Assembly: GCA_963707275.1 (NCBI GenBank)
Contig: CAVPPH010000001.1
Coordinates: 1,116,625-1,180,624, forward strand
Length of the DNA stretch: 64,000 bases
DNA from: an uncultured Chloroflexia bacterium
GTDB taxonomy: Bacteria; Chloroflexota; Anaerolineae; JAAEKA01
Direction of reading: 5' to 3'
The notes beneath the pieces were generated by a model, which did no database searches, was not told where the DNA came from, and worked only from the letters and a program-made list of their open reading frames with translations. Each line of letters starts with the position of its first letter. Within the stretch, counting starts at the first letter, position 1. Of this stretch, positions 20,889-30,707 are shown in pieces. The position numbers were made by a program, and so were the translations under genes.

Positions 20889-21920
20889 CTATTGTCCTTG
20901 CTGCTCAAGATAGACCTCCAGCACTCGCCCCACTCGTTCGAGGCTGCCGGAGGAAAGTTTGTCGGACGTGTCGCCCGCGGTTCGCAGATAGGCGTACTCC
21001 GGATCGATGATGGCCGACGTCGGGAAGCCGAGATCGCTGAACACCTGAACGCTGCTGTCGGGCGTCGCCGCTGTTTCATTCACAAACCAGCGGGCATAGC
21101 CCAATTGTTCAGCCACTGCCCAAAGATCCGCGGCGACCTGTGGATCACCGTTGGGCACGATCGTGAAACGCTGATCCGGGTCGCCAGCGAGGTCGACCAG
21201 GATGACTGCTTTGACGGCCTCGGGCAGAGCCTCTGCCAACGCGTTGGCGCCAAAGTCGGCGATCTGGACGCCGCTGCTGCCTGCCAGCGATGCATACTTC
21301 CCATCAAGAAATGCGAGCCAGACCTGGCTGGCCAGTTTGTCTTTGTCCAGCGAGCGAGCTAATTCCAGCAGCACCGCTGCGCCGCTGGCCCCGTCGTTTG
21401 CGCCAGGCGAAGGCGTCTGCTGGCTGGCTGCGTCAGGATCAAGGTCCGCAAGCGGGGCGCTGTCGTAATGAGCTGCGACTACGATGATGTCGCCGCTGCC
21501 GCTGCGCGCGATGATATTCGTGTGCTGAACGTCGCCAACCGTGAAAGACTGCTGCTGCAATCCCCAGGCGTTCTGCCGCAACTGGTCGATCAACTGGCCG
21601 ACGGCGGCGGTGTGACCGTCCGACCCGACGGCCCACGGTCCAGCAGCCACCAGATCCGTCGCCAGACGGGCTGCCTGCTGGCCGTCGAACGTGTCGCGCT
21701 GGGGCTGTGGCGTGGCAGCGACCGCGACCGGCTGAGTCGCCGCGGGAGATACTGCTGGTATCGCCGTAGGCGTCTCGGTCGGAACCGCCGCGACGACCTG
21801 CCAGACGCCGCGAGCCGTGGACGCGATCCACACGATTGCCGCGACAAACAGCAGCAGCAGCAGCAGCTCCAGCCAGTTGTTGCGCAGCCGCTGGCCAATG
21901 CCGGGCCGGGTCTCTTGCAT
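20889..21920 (-). CDS. M28 family metallopeptidase, membrane-anchored
   Basis: Intact 343-aa ORF with an N-terminal TM helix, VVAAHYDS, and GANDGASGAAVLLELAR (M28 zinc-ligand region). Confidence 0.7.
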   Translation of the reverse strand: MQETRPGIGQRLRNNWLELLLLLLFVAAIVWIASTARGVWQVVAAVPTETPTAIPAVSPAATQPVAVAATPQPQRDTFDGQQAARLATDLVAAGPWAVGSDGHTAAVGQLIDQLRQNAWGLQQQSFTVGDVQHTNIIARSGSGDIIVVAAHYDSAPLADLDPDAASQQTPSPGANDGASGAAVLLELARSLDKDKLASQVWLAFLDGKYASLAGSSGVQIADFGANALAEALPEAVKAVILVDLAGDPDQRFTIVPNGDPQVAADLWAVAEQLGYARWFVNETAATPDSSVQVFSDLGFPTSAIIDPEYAYLRTAGDTSDKLSSGSLERVGRVLEVYLEQQGQ

Positions 21921-21929
21921 GCGTCTGAC

Positions 21930-23291
21930 CTATTCCTCGTTGCGGTTGCGGAAGATCATCTTGATCGGCGTGCCTTCGAAGGGATGAAAAGCCCTGATCT
22001 GGTTTTCCAGGAAACGCTGGTAGGTGAAATGGACCAGTTCAGCGTCGTTGACAAAGAAGACAAAGGTGGGCGGCGCGACCTTGGCCTGCGTGGCATAGTA
22101 GAAGCGCAACTGCCGGCCAGTCTTGCTGGGCTGCTTGTGACGAGCGACGGCATCCTGAACGATGCGGTTGACGTCGGACGTCGGAATGCGCAGGTTGCGC
22201 TCTTCCTGAACATGCCGGGCGATGGGGATCACCTTCTGCACCCGCTGGCGCGTCAGCGCCGAGATGAAGAGCAACGGCGCAAAGTCCATGAACTTCAGCT
22301 CCGAGCGGACGCGTTGCGTGAACTCGTGCATGGTGTGGGTGTCCTTTTCGACCAGGTCCCACTTGTTCACCACGACCATGATGCCTTTCAACTCGTCCAG
22401 CGCATAGCTGGCGACGTGCGCATCCTGGGCGGTGACGCCCTGCACGGCGTCGATCACCAGCAGGACAACATCGGAGCGCTGGATAGCGCGCATGGCGCGC
22501 ATCACGCTGTACTTCTCGACGCCTTGCTCGACGCGGCCGCGTCGGCGCACGCCCGCGGTGTCGATCAGCACCACTTCCTCGCCTTCCCACATCAGCCGCG
22601 TATCGATGGCGTCACGGGTCGTGCCGGCGATGTCGCTGACGATGGCGCGCTCCTGGCCCAGCAGTGCATTCAACAGCGACGACTTGCCAACGTTGGGCCG
22701 CCCGATGATCGCCAGCTTGAGGGTATCGTCATCCTCCTCTTCCTCGGGCGTGACCGGAAGATGTTCCACCACCGCGTCCAGCAGGTCGCCGACGCCGGCG
22801 CCGTGGATCGCCGAGATCGGGAACGGCTCGCCCAGGCCTAACTCGTAGAATTCGACCGCGCCCAGGCGGCGCTGCTGGTTGTCAGCCTTGTTGGCAGCCA
22901 TGATCACCGGCTTCTGGCTGCGGCGCAGCACCTCGGCGACATCTTCGTCGCCGCCGGTGACGCCCTCCCTGGCATCGACCAGGAAGATCACCGCGTCCGC
23001 TTCGGCGATGGCGATCCTGGCTTGTTCGACGATCTCGCGCCGGAACTGGCGCGAGGCAGTGCTCAACGGATCAGGCCCATCAGCCACGTCAGGACCGCTG
23101 GTCAGGTCGATGCCGCCGGTATCAACCAGCGTGAACGGCACCGCGGTCCACTCGGCCTCGGCGTACAGCCGGTCGCGCGTGGTACCGGGAAGGTCTTCGA
23201 CGATTGCCAGCCGGTGGCCAGCTATTCGATTAAAGAGCGTGGACTTGCCCACGTTTGGCCGCCCTACCAGGGCGACAATTGGCGTTGCCAT
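21930..23291 (-). CDS. der: ribosome-associated GTPase Der (EngA)
   Basis: Intact 453-aa ORF with two G domains (GRPNVGKST twice, DTGG/DTAG, NKAD/NKWD) plus a KH-like C-terminus. Confidence 0.9.
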   Translation of the reverse strand: MATPIVALVGRPNVGKSTLFNRIAGHRLAIVEDLPGTTRDRLYAEAEWTAVPFTLVDTGGIDLTSGPDVADGPDPLSTASRQFRREIVEQARIAIAEADAVIFLVDAREGVTGGDEDVAEVLRRSQKPVIMAANKADNQQRRLGAVEFYELGLGEPFPISAIHGAGVGDLLDAVVEHLPVTPEEEEDDDTLKLAIIGRPNVGKSSLLNALLGQERAIVSDIAGTTRDAIDTRLMWEGEEVVLIDTAGVRRRGRVEQGVEKYSVMRAMRAIQRSDVVLLVIDAVQGVTAQDAHVASYALDELKGIMVVVNKWDLVEKDTHTMHEFTQRVRSELKFMDFAPLLFISALTRQRVQKVIPIARHVQEERNLRIPTSDVNRIVQDAVARHKQPSKTGRQLRFYYATQAKVAPPTFVFFVNDAELVHFTYQRFLENQIRAFHPFEGTPIKMIFRNRNEE

Positions 23292-23379
23292 GTTTTGTCT
23301 GTTTCCTGTCGCGCAGTGCGACCCTACGATACACCGTCAACGGCGCATCGACGTTCAACGACTCTGAAAACCCAGCGAC

Positions 23380-23457
23380 GCGATTCGCATAGCGTAGGTG
23401 AGTTAGTTTTGGTATGAAGCCAGGGTTGAAAGGTGTAGCGTAGCGACTACACGAAAT
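23380..23457 (-). repeat. dispersed intergenic repeat, family A, copy 2 (inverted relative to copy 1)
   Basis: The reverse complement carries the same terminal blocks as 2212-2288. Confidence 0.6.
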
Positions 23458-23548
23458 ACAATACTGATGCTCTCTCCGTGAAATCCTGAACTCCGTGTCA
23501 TCCATGATCAGGATGTCCCGGCTTCCTGTTGATCCGCGGCTACTCTCC

Positions 23549-24322
23549 TCACCACCCCACCACCGGGTTCACCAGCGCCCCGATTCCGGCGACCTCGACG
23601 CTCACCTCGTCGCCCGCTGCCAGGGGCGAGACACCGCTGGGCGTGCCGGTAAGGATTACATCCCCCGGCTCCAGCGTCATGAAGGCGGTGACGTATTGCA
23701 GCAGCGCCGGCACGTCGAACACCATGACGCGGGTCGATGCCTGCTGTTTGACCGCGCCGTTGACGCGGCAAGTAACAAGTTGGTCCTGCCAGTCCAGATC
23801 GGTCTCGATCCACGGGCCCAGCGGGCAAAAGGTGTCGAACCCCTTGGCGCGGCTCCACTGGCCGTCGCGCCGCTGCAAGTCACGCGCCGTCACGTCGTTG
23901 GCGGCGGTGAAGCCCAGCACACAGGCCATGGCGTCGTCGCGCGTCAGGTTGCGCGCCCGCTGCCCGATAACCACAGCCAGCTCCGCCTCGTGCTCGACCC
24001 GCTGCGAAAGCGCGTTCAGCACAATCGCCTCGCCCGGCCCGATCAGCGAGCTGGGCGGCTTGAGGAAGATCAGCGGCTCCTGAGGCACTTCTGCGCCGTG
24101 CTCGGCCGCGTGTTCGGCATAGTTGCGGCCCACGCAGACGATTTTGCTCGGCTGGCAGGGCGCCAACAGGCGAGCTTCAGCCAAGGGAAACGCTGCGCCG
24201 GATCGCATCTGGTTCGCCAGTTCAGGCGCGCCAGGCAAACCAGCCAGCGGCGCTACCGTGTCACCCTCGATCAGCCCGTACGTCACACCACCATCTCGCA
24301 TCGCGACACGCGCAATTCGCAT
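23549..24322 (-). CDS. fumarylacetoacetate hydrolase (FAH) family protein
   Basis: [12 protein letters not shown]...[15 protein letters not shown]...EAELAVVIG...TGTPSGV. The start codon overlaps the stop of the upstream HD gene. Confidence 0.8.
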   Translation of the reverse strand: MRIARVAMRDGGVTYGLIEGDTVAPLAGLPGAPELANQMRSGAAFPLAEARLLAPCQPSKIVCVGRNYAEHAAEHGAEVPQEPLIFLKPPSSLIGPGEAIVLNALSQRVEHEAELAVVIGQRARNLTRDDAMACVLGFTAANDVTARDLQRRDGQWSRAKGFDTFCPLGPWIETDLDWQDQLVTCRVNGAVKQQASTRVMVFDVPALLQYVTAFMTLEPGDVILTGTPSGVSPLAAGDEVSVEVAGIGALVNPVVGW

Positions 24323-24990
24323 CAGGACAACCTCACATCGTTGATCACGAGCCGATACTCGCAACCCAGAATTTTCGCGGCGTCGCGCATCATCACCATA
24401 CGCGACAGAAAGATCTCAAAGTAATTGAGCACGCTGGCAAAGTGGGTGTCGATCACCAGTTCCAGCGCAATGGTACGCGCCTCGCCGTCCACAAGCACCA
24501 CCGCGGAGGTCGCAGCGTAGTTGACCCGGTCGTGAATATCGAAGTCGGCCATGGTCGGGTTCTGCACCCGGCTGCGATGCACGTCCGCCTTATCTGCCAG
24601 CACCACTGCGGCAGCTACCGGCGACACCGGCACGCCCTGTTCCTCTTCGTGGTTGCCGATCGCGCCCATCACTGCCGCAAGGTCGCGCGGCGGCATGCCC
24701 AGGCGCTTCAGCCCTTCGAACGCCAGCAGAGCACCGGTCAACGGGTGACGTTGACGGTTGATCAGGTTGCCCACATCGTGCAGGTAGCCGCTGATCCGCG
24801 CCAACTCGATCTCGCGCGCATCGTAGCCCAGCGCCGCCAGGATATCGCCGGCCACCGCGCTGGTACGACCGCCGTGGCGATGCCCGTGTTCTGTGTAGCC
24901 AAGCGCGGCGAGCTGTTCGTTGGCAGCGTCGATGAACGCCATCATCTCTTCGTCCGCGCACACCTGCTCCAATGTCACAATATCAATCAA
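24322..24990 (-). CDS. HD-domain phosphohydrolase
   Basis: Intact 222-aa ORF with H...HD metal motifs (GHRHGGR..., [14 protein letters not shown]). Confidence 0.65.
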   Translation of the reverse strand: MIDIVTLEQVCADEEMMAFIDAANEQLAALGYTEHGHRHGGRTSAVAGDILAALGYDAREIELARISGYLHDVGNLINRQRHPLTGALLAFEGLKRLGMPPRDLAAVMGAIGNHEEEQGVPVSPVAAAVVLADKADVHRSRVQNPTMADFDIHDRVNYAATSAVVLVDGEARTIALELVIDTHFASVLNYFEIFLSRMVMMRDAAKILGCEYRLVINDVRLS

Positions 24991-25008
24991 GCTGTCATTC
25001 CTTCATGG

Positions 25009-25872
25009 TTATGTAAATTTCCAGATGCCGTCGATCTCAACCATCTCAGCGCCGCAGGCCGAACAGCGCAGCGCAGCAGTCTGCTGCAACCAGACAGACT
25101 GCCCGCAGCGGCTGCACCTGGCAATGCTGCGCCACTCCAGCGGAGCCGCGCCAGCCGGGCCGCCGTCCTTGACCGCCAGCACCCGGTCGTAATCGACCTG
25201 CCACGGCGTGATGCTGACGTAGGAACAGCCGCCCTTCCGCAGCATCTCAGACAATTGCTCGCGGCTGAAGCGTCGACCGGGAAACAGATGCGACTGCCAG
25301 GCAATCCGGTTGGTCAGCACCAGCAGACCGCCCGGCCGGGCGACACGGATCAACTCGTCGATCACAGCCCGTGGCTGCGGCATGAACTCCAGCGCCTCGA
25401 GGCACGCGACCACCGGAAAGGCGTTGTCGCCAAATGGCAGCGACCCGGCATCGTGCTGCACGTAGATGATCTGCCCGCTGGCGGCAATCGTCTCCAGCTT
25501 GCCGCGCGCCTGCGCCAGCATCGGTCGCGAGCTGTCGAAACAGACGAACCGGGGACCATCTCCGCCAGACTGCAACACGGTCTGGACAAAACGCCCGGTG
25601 CCGGTCGCCACGTCCAGGATCCAGACCGGCTGTGGCAACTCCTCGGCCCGCTCAGCCAGAAAGCGCGCCACCGGCTCGCCGACGAAATGCTGCTCGTAGC
25701 GCTCGTCGTACTCCTTGACCTGATCGTAGCGGCTGGCATAGCGGTCGTACAGCTTCGTGACGACCCGCGGCCCCAGGTACGCGCCTTCGGTGGAGACCAA
25801 CAGCCAGTAGAGCGCGGCCGTCACAGCCGCGACCAGCGCCAAAATTGCCAGCGCCCAACCGGCCGGCGGCAT
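25009..25872 (-). CDS. class I SAM-dependent methyltransferase with N-terminal TM helix and C-terminal Cys4 ribbon
   Basis: Motif I is ILDVATGTGRF. The C-terminus reads CSRCG...CSACG. The start overlaps the stop of the upstream membrane protein by 1 nt. Confidence 0.75.
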   Translation of the reverse strand: MPPAGWALAILALVAAVTAALYWLLVSTEGAYLGPRVVTKLYDRYASRYDQVKEYDERYEQHFVGEPVARFLAERAEELPQPVWILDVATGTGRFVQTVLQSGGDGPRFVCFDSSRPMLAQARGKLETIAASGQIIYVQHDAGSLPFGDNAFPVVACLEALEFMPQPRAVIDELIRVARPGGLLVLTNRIAWQSHLFPGRRFSREQLSEMLRKGGCSYVSITPWQVDYDRVLAVKDGGPAGAAPLEWRSIARCSRCGQSVWLQQTAALRCSACGAEMVEIDGIWKFT

Positions 25873-26867
25873 CAGCCGATCCCAAAGCCGAGCGCCACCG
25901 AACTACACAACACCGCGCCCAGCCACCAGGCCTGCGAACCGCCCAGCTTGCCGCCCGTGCGGCCGCTTTGCGCCAGCAGCGGCGGCATGGCCAGCAGCAG
26001 CGTGACCACCGCTGCGATCGGCCGGTTGGCAATGATCAGCACGCCCGCGACGGTCGCCACGCCCAACACGCCAATCAGCAGCCGGGCAATGCCCGATGCG
26101 TGCACGGTCACGGTTACGCTGGCGACTGTCAGCAAGACGTAGCCGGCAGCCAACCCCAACAACCAGAGGCCGCGCGGCTGGTCGGGCCACGTCGCCACGG
26201 TCAGCGCACCGAGCGCAAAGGGCAGCCCGGCCACCACCAGCGCACGCATCCAGTTCCACAGGTCGTCCAGACCGGCGCGGCTGGCGGCTGCGCCGATCAA
26301 CACGATCGCCACGGCAACCAGCGTCGCCAGCAGGGCCGCGGTTCCCAGCAGATACGCCACCAGCGCCGCCAGCGCGATGAGCGGTAAGCCGATGCGCACC
26401 AGATGGCCCAGCACGCCGGGCTTCTGCCAGCCAGCCATGCGCCCTGCGGGGCTGCGTGGCGTCACGTAGGGCAGCGCGGGCCGGTGGGCCGTGTACGCCT
26501 GCGGCAGCCCGCGGCGCGCCGTCAACTGCGTCCACAGCGCGCCCCACAACATTCCGGTCAACACCAGACCCAGCGCCAGCGTCAGCCAGGAAAGCGAGCT
26601 GCGCAGCGAACCGCCCGCGGCAGCCAGTCCCGCGATAAATAACCAGCCGCCCGACAACCGCCAGGGTGAGCCAGCCAGCCACGCTTGTAATGCCAGAAAC
26701 GAGGTCTGCTCGACCTGCTCCGGCGTCGAAACCACGACCGCCGAGGGATGTTCGCTACTCACAACGGGGGAGATTATACCACAACACCTGACAGGCAGCG
26801 CAAGTGATGTTGGCAACGACACGGCCCGGCGAGCTTGCGCTTGCCGGGCCGTGTAAATCCGGGTCAA
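25872..26867 (-). CDS. polytopic membrane protein, unknown function (start uncertain)
   Basis: 331-aa ORF with about 8 hydrophobic helices. It is the first gene of the operon with the methyltransferase, HD and FAH genes. Confidence 0.5.
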   Translation of the reverse strand: MTRIYTARQAQARRAVSLPTSLALPVRCCGIISPVVSSEHPSAVVVSTPEQVEQTSFLALQAWLAGSPWRLSGGWLFIAGLAAAGGSLRSSLSWLTLALGLVLTGMLWGALWTQLTARRGLPQAYTAHRPALPYVTPRSPAGRMAGWQKPGVLGHLVRIGLPLIALAALVAYLLGTAALLATLVAVAIVLIGAAASRAGLDDLWNWMRALVVAGLPFALGALTVATWPDQPRGLWLLGLAAGYVLLTVASVTVTVHASGIARLLIGVLGVATVAGVLIIANRPIAAVVTLLLAMPPLLAQSGRTGGKLGGSQAWWLGAVLCSSVALGFGIG

Positions 26868-26899
26868 TCCAGTAAGTTGTGCAAAGGCAATGCCACTTT

Positions 26900-26961
26900 G
26901 AAACCAGGGGTTTGCGTGATGTTCTTGCGGCAGGGATGACTGCTAAAAAACCCCTGGTTTC
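26900..26961. repeat. dispersed repeat family B, copy 1 (GAAACCAGGGGTTT ... AAACCCCTGGTTTC)
   Basis: Perfect 14-bp terminal inverted repeats at 26900-26913 and 26948-26961. The internal ttcttgcggcagggatgac resembles copy 2. Confidence 0.6.
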
Positions 26962-26975
26962 TATCAGGAAGCACT

Positions 26976-29900
26976 TTAGATCGGCCGGCGTCGTTGCCGG
27001 CGCAAGCCTGCCATCGCAGCCATCACGATCGCAGATGCCACAACGATCCACCAGCCCGCCACGCCGGCCAGCGGCTCGCTCGTTGCATCCAGGCCATCCA
27101 GCCGCACCGCGGTCGGCGTCTGCACCGTCACGCTGACCGGGCCGTGCAGCGTCGTCGCGCCGCCGAGGTCGATGTCCTCCAGCCAGTACCAGTAGGTCTG
27201 GCCGGCCTCGACGTCGTCGTCGTCGTAGGTGTAGATATAGCCTTGGGCTGAACCCGGTCCTTGGGAGGGCACATAGGCCAGCAGTTCGCCGACCGGGGCA
27301 GGCATCGTGTTGCGATAGAGATTGAAGCCGGCGTTGTTCAGTTCGCTGACCGTCTCCCAGGTGACCTGTACCTGTCCACTCACCTGTAGCGCGCCGAAGT
27401 CTTCCAGCGTTACTGCCGGCGGAACATGGTCGATCTGAATCTCGTCAATAAGCGGTGTGCGTACCGGCGACAGCGAGCGCAGCTCGGCCCGCCAGCGTAG
27501 GTCCATGCCGCTGGTCGGGAAGACGAAGTTGACGCCCTGTCGCACCTGGTACCACTTGCCACCACTGTTATTGCTCATGAAGTAGGTAACGTCCGTGTTG
27601 TCCACCGGAACGCGGCCCTCAGCACCTGGTGGCAGAATGGTGACAGCCGTCAGCGTAGCGTTGGTGATGTTCGATGTCTCTGTGTCGACCCGAAGCGAAG
27701 TTGCTTGCCCGTGACCGGTGTCGTAGAGCAAGCGTTGGTATAGACGGTTGTGCGGACTCCAATTGCCAGCGACGACGTCCAGGTCGCCGTCGCCGTCCAC
27801 ATACCCCAACGCCACCGATCTTGTGGTGTACCCAATCCAATCGTCGCTGAGGTCTTCGCCCGTCACTCCGATAAAGGGATCGACCGACCCGTTGTTCAAG
27901 TAGAGCCGATTGGCACTGCCGAAATCGCCAGCAACCATATCCAGATCGCCGTCGCCATCTACGTCCCCTAGCGCCACCGAGAACGTTCTGCGCTCATCGG
28001 CGCTAACTTCCACACCCGTAACCCCGAGGAAGGGATCGACCGTCCCGTTGTTCAGGTACAGCCGGTTGACACCGACACTGTTGCCAGCGACCACATCCAA
28101 ATCGCCGTCACTGTCGACATCCCCCAACGCCACCGAAACCGTCCAGTCAGCATCGGTGCCGATGTCAACACCGATCACCGCGGCAAATGGATCCGTCGTC
28201 CCGTTGTTCAAGTACAGCCGGTTGCGCTGGTTTTGATTGCCGACGATCAGATCCAGATCGCCGTCGCTATCTGCGTCCCCCAGCGCCACTGAATACGTTT
28301 GGTACGCGTCAGTGCTGATGTCCACACCCGTTACTCCAGCGAAAGGATTGGTCGTCCCGTTGTTCAGGTACAGCCGGTTAGCTCCAGTGTAGTTGCCGGC
28401 AACAAGGTCCAAATTGCCATCGCCATCCACGTCCCCCAACGTCACCGAAACCGTCCAGTCCATATCGGCGCTTATGTCGGCACCTGTCACTCCATCGAAG
28501 GGATTGGCCGTCCCGTTGTTCAGGTACAATCGGTTGGCTTGGCCAACATTGCCGGTGACCAGATCCAGATCGCCATCACCGTCCACATCCCCCAACACTA
28601 CCGAGTATGTATACTGCACATCGGGACTGATTTGCGTGCCCATCACTCCGGCGAAGGGAGTTACCGTCCCGTTGTTCAGATACAACTGGTTAGTCTCGCG
28701 ATAATTGCCGGCGACAACATCCAGATCGCCGTCGCCGTCCAGATCCCCCAGCGCCACTGAGAGTGTGTTGTACGCATCGGCGCTGATATCCGTACCTGCC
28801 CAGCCAACCACCGGGCTTGGATAAACCTGATTCAAGTATAGCTGGCTAACCCGAAATACTATGCCCTCGATGAGATCCAGATCGCCGTCGCTGTCCACAT
28901 CCCCCATAGCCACGGTAGTCGTCGAATAGCTATTGGCGGTGATGTTGCTGCCTTCTACACCGTCCCACGGATCAGCCGTACCGTTATTGAGATAGAGCTG
29001 GTTGGCATGACCATAATCCCCGGTGACGAGATCGAGGTCGCCGTCGACATCCACATCTCCCAATACAACAAACTGTGTCTTGTAGCTACGGGTAGTAATG
29101 ACAATACTGCTAACGTTGTTCCACGGGTTGTCCGTGCCATTGTTAAGATATAGCCGATTGGGTTGGTTCCAGTTTCCGGAAACGAGGTCCAAATCGCCGT
29201 CACCATCCACATCCCCCAGAACGATTGAGCTTGTATCGGAGATATCGGTGGTGATGTCGCTGCCGCTGACACCATTCCAGGGGTCAGACGTACCGTTGTT
29301 GAGGTAGAGCCGGTTGGTCTGGCCGTTGCGGTTCCCAACAACAAGATCGAGGTCGCCGTCGCCGTCCACATCTCCCAGGGCTACGGAGGTCGTATTGCGA
29401 AGGTCAGCAGAGATGCTACTGCCACTAACACCGTTCCAGGGGTCATTCGTGCCATTGTTAAGGTAGAGCCGGTTAGCCTGCTGATAGTTCCCGACGACGA
29501 GATCGAGGTCACCGTCGCGATCCACATCTCCCAAGGCCATCGAACGCGTCACATGGCTATCGACGGTGATCTCGCGGCCGCTGACGCCCTCCCAAGGGTC
29601 GGCCGTGCCATTGTTCAGGAACAAATAGTTGGTCGCGCCGCGTATATTCCCGTCGTTGACGTCAAGGTTTCCGGTGACGAGGTCAACATCCCCGTCGCCG
29701 TCCACATCTCCCAGAACCACGGAAGACGTGTAGTGCGTATCAGTGCCGATATCGCTGCCATTGACGCCGTTCCAGGGATCGGACGTGCCGTTGTTGAGGT
29801 AGAGCCGGTTGACCACACCTTCATAGTTCCCGGCGACGAAGTCCAGATCGCCGTCGCCGTCCACGTCCCCCAAGGCCACTGAGGTCAGATCGAAACAGTT

Positions 29901-30707
29901 GGCAGTGATGTCGCTGCCGCTGACACCGTTCCACGGATTGACCGTGCCGTCGTTGCGGTAGAACCGATTGGCCTGGCCGTAGTTCCCAGCGACGAGGTCG
30001 AGGTCATCATCGCCATCCACGTCCCCCAAAGCCACGGATTCCGTAAAGTGATTGTCGCCGGTGATGTCACTGCTGCTGACGCCGTTCCAGGGACCTTCCG
30101 TACCGTTATTGAGGTAGAGCCGGTTGGGCTGTGCGCTGTTCCCGATGACGAGGTCAAGGTCACCATCGCCATCCACATCCCCCAAGATCACAGAACGTGT
30201 CATGTGGCTATCAATGGTGATATCGCTGCCGCTGACGCCATCCCAGGGGTTTGCAGTACCGTTGTTGAGGTAGAGCCGATTGGTCTGTTGGTAGTTCCCA
30301 ACGACGAGATCGAGGTCGCCGTCACCATCTACATCGCCTAGAGCAATGGAACGCGTCGCTTGGTTGTCGGCAGTGATATCGCTGCCACTGACACCGTTCC
30401 AGGGGTCGGACGTGCCGTTGTTGAGGTAAAGCCGATTGTTACCATCGTTCCCGGCGACAAGATCGAGGTCGCCATCGTTGTCCACATCTCCTAGCGCCAC
30501 GGAGAGCGTACTGTGGTTGTCAGCGGTGATGTCGCTTCCACTGACGCCGTTCCAGGGATCGGACGTGCCGTTGTTGAGGTAGAGCCGGTTGACTTGTTGA
30601 TAATTACCGACGACAAGATCGAGGTCGCCGTCGCCATCCACATCCCCCAAGGCCAAAGAGTCCGTAGAATGACCGTCGGCGGTGATGTCGATGCCGCTAA
30701 CACCATT
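26976..30707 (-). CDS. giant FG-GAP/VCBS-repeat surface protein with C-terminal membrane anchor (5' end anomalous)
   Basis: ORF 26976-30656, open to 30707. It has 19 tandem units of about 52 aa, LGDVDGDGDLDLVxGN...NRLYLNNGTxDPWNGVSGSDIT. These are followed by an Ig/FN3-like region and the tail WWIVVASAIVMAAMAGLRRQRRRPI. Confidence 0.8.
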   Translation of the reverse strand, partial: NGVSGIDITADGHSTDSLALGDVDGDGDLDLVVGNYQQVNRLYLNNGTSDPWNGVSGSDITADNHSTLSVALGDVDNDGDLDLVAGNDGNNRLYLNNGTSDPWNGVSGSDITADNQATRSIALGDVDGDGDLDLVVGNYQQTNRLYLNNGTANPWDGVSGSDITIDSHMTRSVILGDVDGDGDLDLVIGNSAQPNRLYLNNGTEGPWNGVSSSDITGDNHFTESVALGDVDGDDDLDLVAGNYGQANRFYRNDGTVNPWNGVSGSDITANCFDLTSVALGDVDGDGDLDFVAGNYEGVVNRLYLNNGTSDPWNGVNGSDIGTDTHYTSSVVLGDVDGDGDVDLVTGNLDVNDGNIRGATNYLFLNNGTADPWEGVSGREITVDSHVTRSMALGDVDRDGDLDLVVGNYQQANRLYLNNGTNDPWNGVSGSSISADLRNTTSVALGDVDGDGDLDLVVGNRNGQTNRLYLNNGTSDPWNGVSGSDITTDISDTSSIVLGDVDGDGDLDLVSGNWNQPNRLYLNNGTDNPWNNVSSIVITTRSYKTQFVVLGDVDVDGDLDLVTGDYGHANQLYLNNGTADPWDGVEGSNITANSYSTTTVAMGDVDSDGDLDLIEGIVFRVSQLYLNQVYPSPVVGWAGTDISADAYNTLSVALGDLDGDGDLDVVAGNYRETNQLYLNNGTVTPFAGVMGTQISPDVQYTYSVVLGDVDGDGDLDLVTGNVGQANRLYLNNGTANPFDGVTGADISADMDWTVSVTLGDVDGDGNLDLVAGNYTGANRLYLNNGTTNPFAGVTGVDISTDAYQTYSVALGDADSDGDLDLIVGNQNQRNRLYLNNGTTDPFAAVIGVDIGTDADWTVSVALGDVDSDGDLDVVAGNSVGVNRLYLNNGTVDPFLGVTGVEVSADERRTFSVALGDVDGDGDLDMVAGDFGSANRLYLNNGSVDPFIGVTGEDLSDDWIGYTTRSVALGYVDGDGDLDVVAGNWSPHNRLYQRLLYDTGHGQATSLRVDTETSNITNATLTAVTILPPGAEGRVPVDNTDVTYFMSNNSGGKWYQVRQGVNFVFPTSGMDLRWRAELRSLSPVRTPLIDEIQIDHVPPAVTLEDFGALQVSGQVQVTWETVSELNNAGFNLYRNTMPAPVGELLAYVPSQGPGSAQGYIYTYDDDDVEAGQTYWYWLEDIDLGGATTLHGPVSVTVQTPTAVRLDGLDATSEPLAGVAGWWIVVASAIVMAAMAGLRRQRRRPI

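Noticed and set aside
24442-26142. 566-aa plus-strand ORF, with similar long ORFs at 35039-36766, 21468-22841, 30821-31711 and 19666-20829 in part
   Set aside because: They run antisense to well-supported genes (HD/methyltransferase, carB, der, purH). Their translations are Arg/Ala/Gly/Pro/His-rich and low-complexity with no family motifs. This is the expected shadow-ORF artefact of GC-rich DNA.
26976-30707. Regular 156-bp periodic repeats, considered as a possible CRISPR-like or satellite array
   Set aside because: The periodicity is entirely explained by a continuous protein-coding FG-GAP/VCBS tandem array. There is no repeat-spacer structure and no cas genes.
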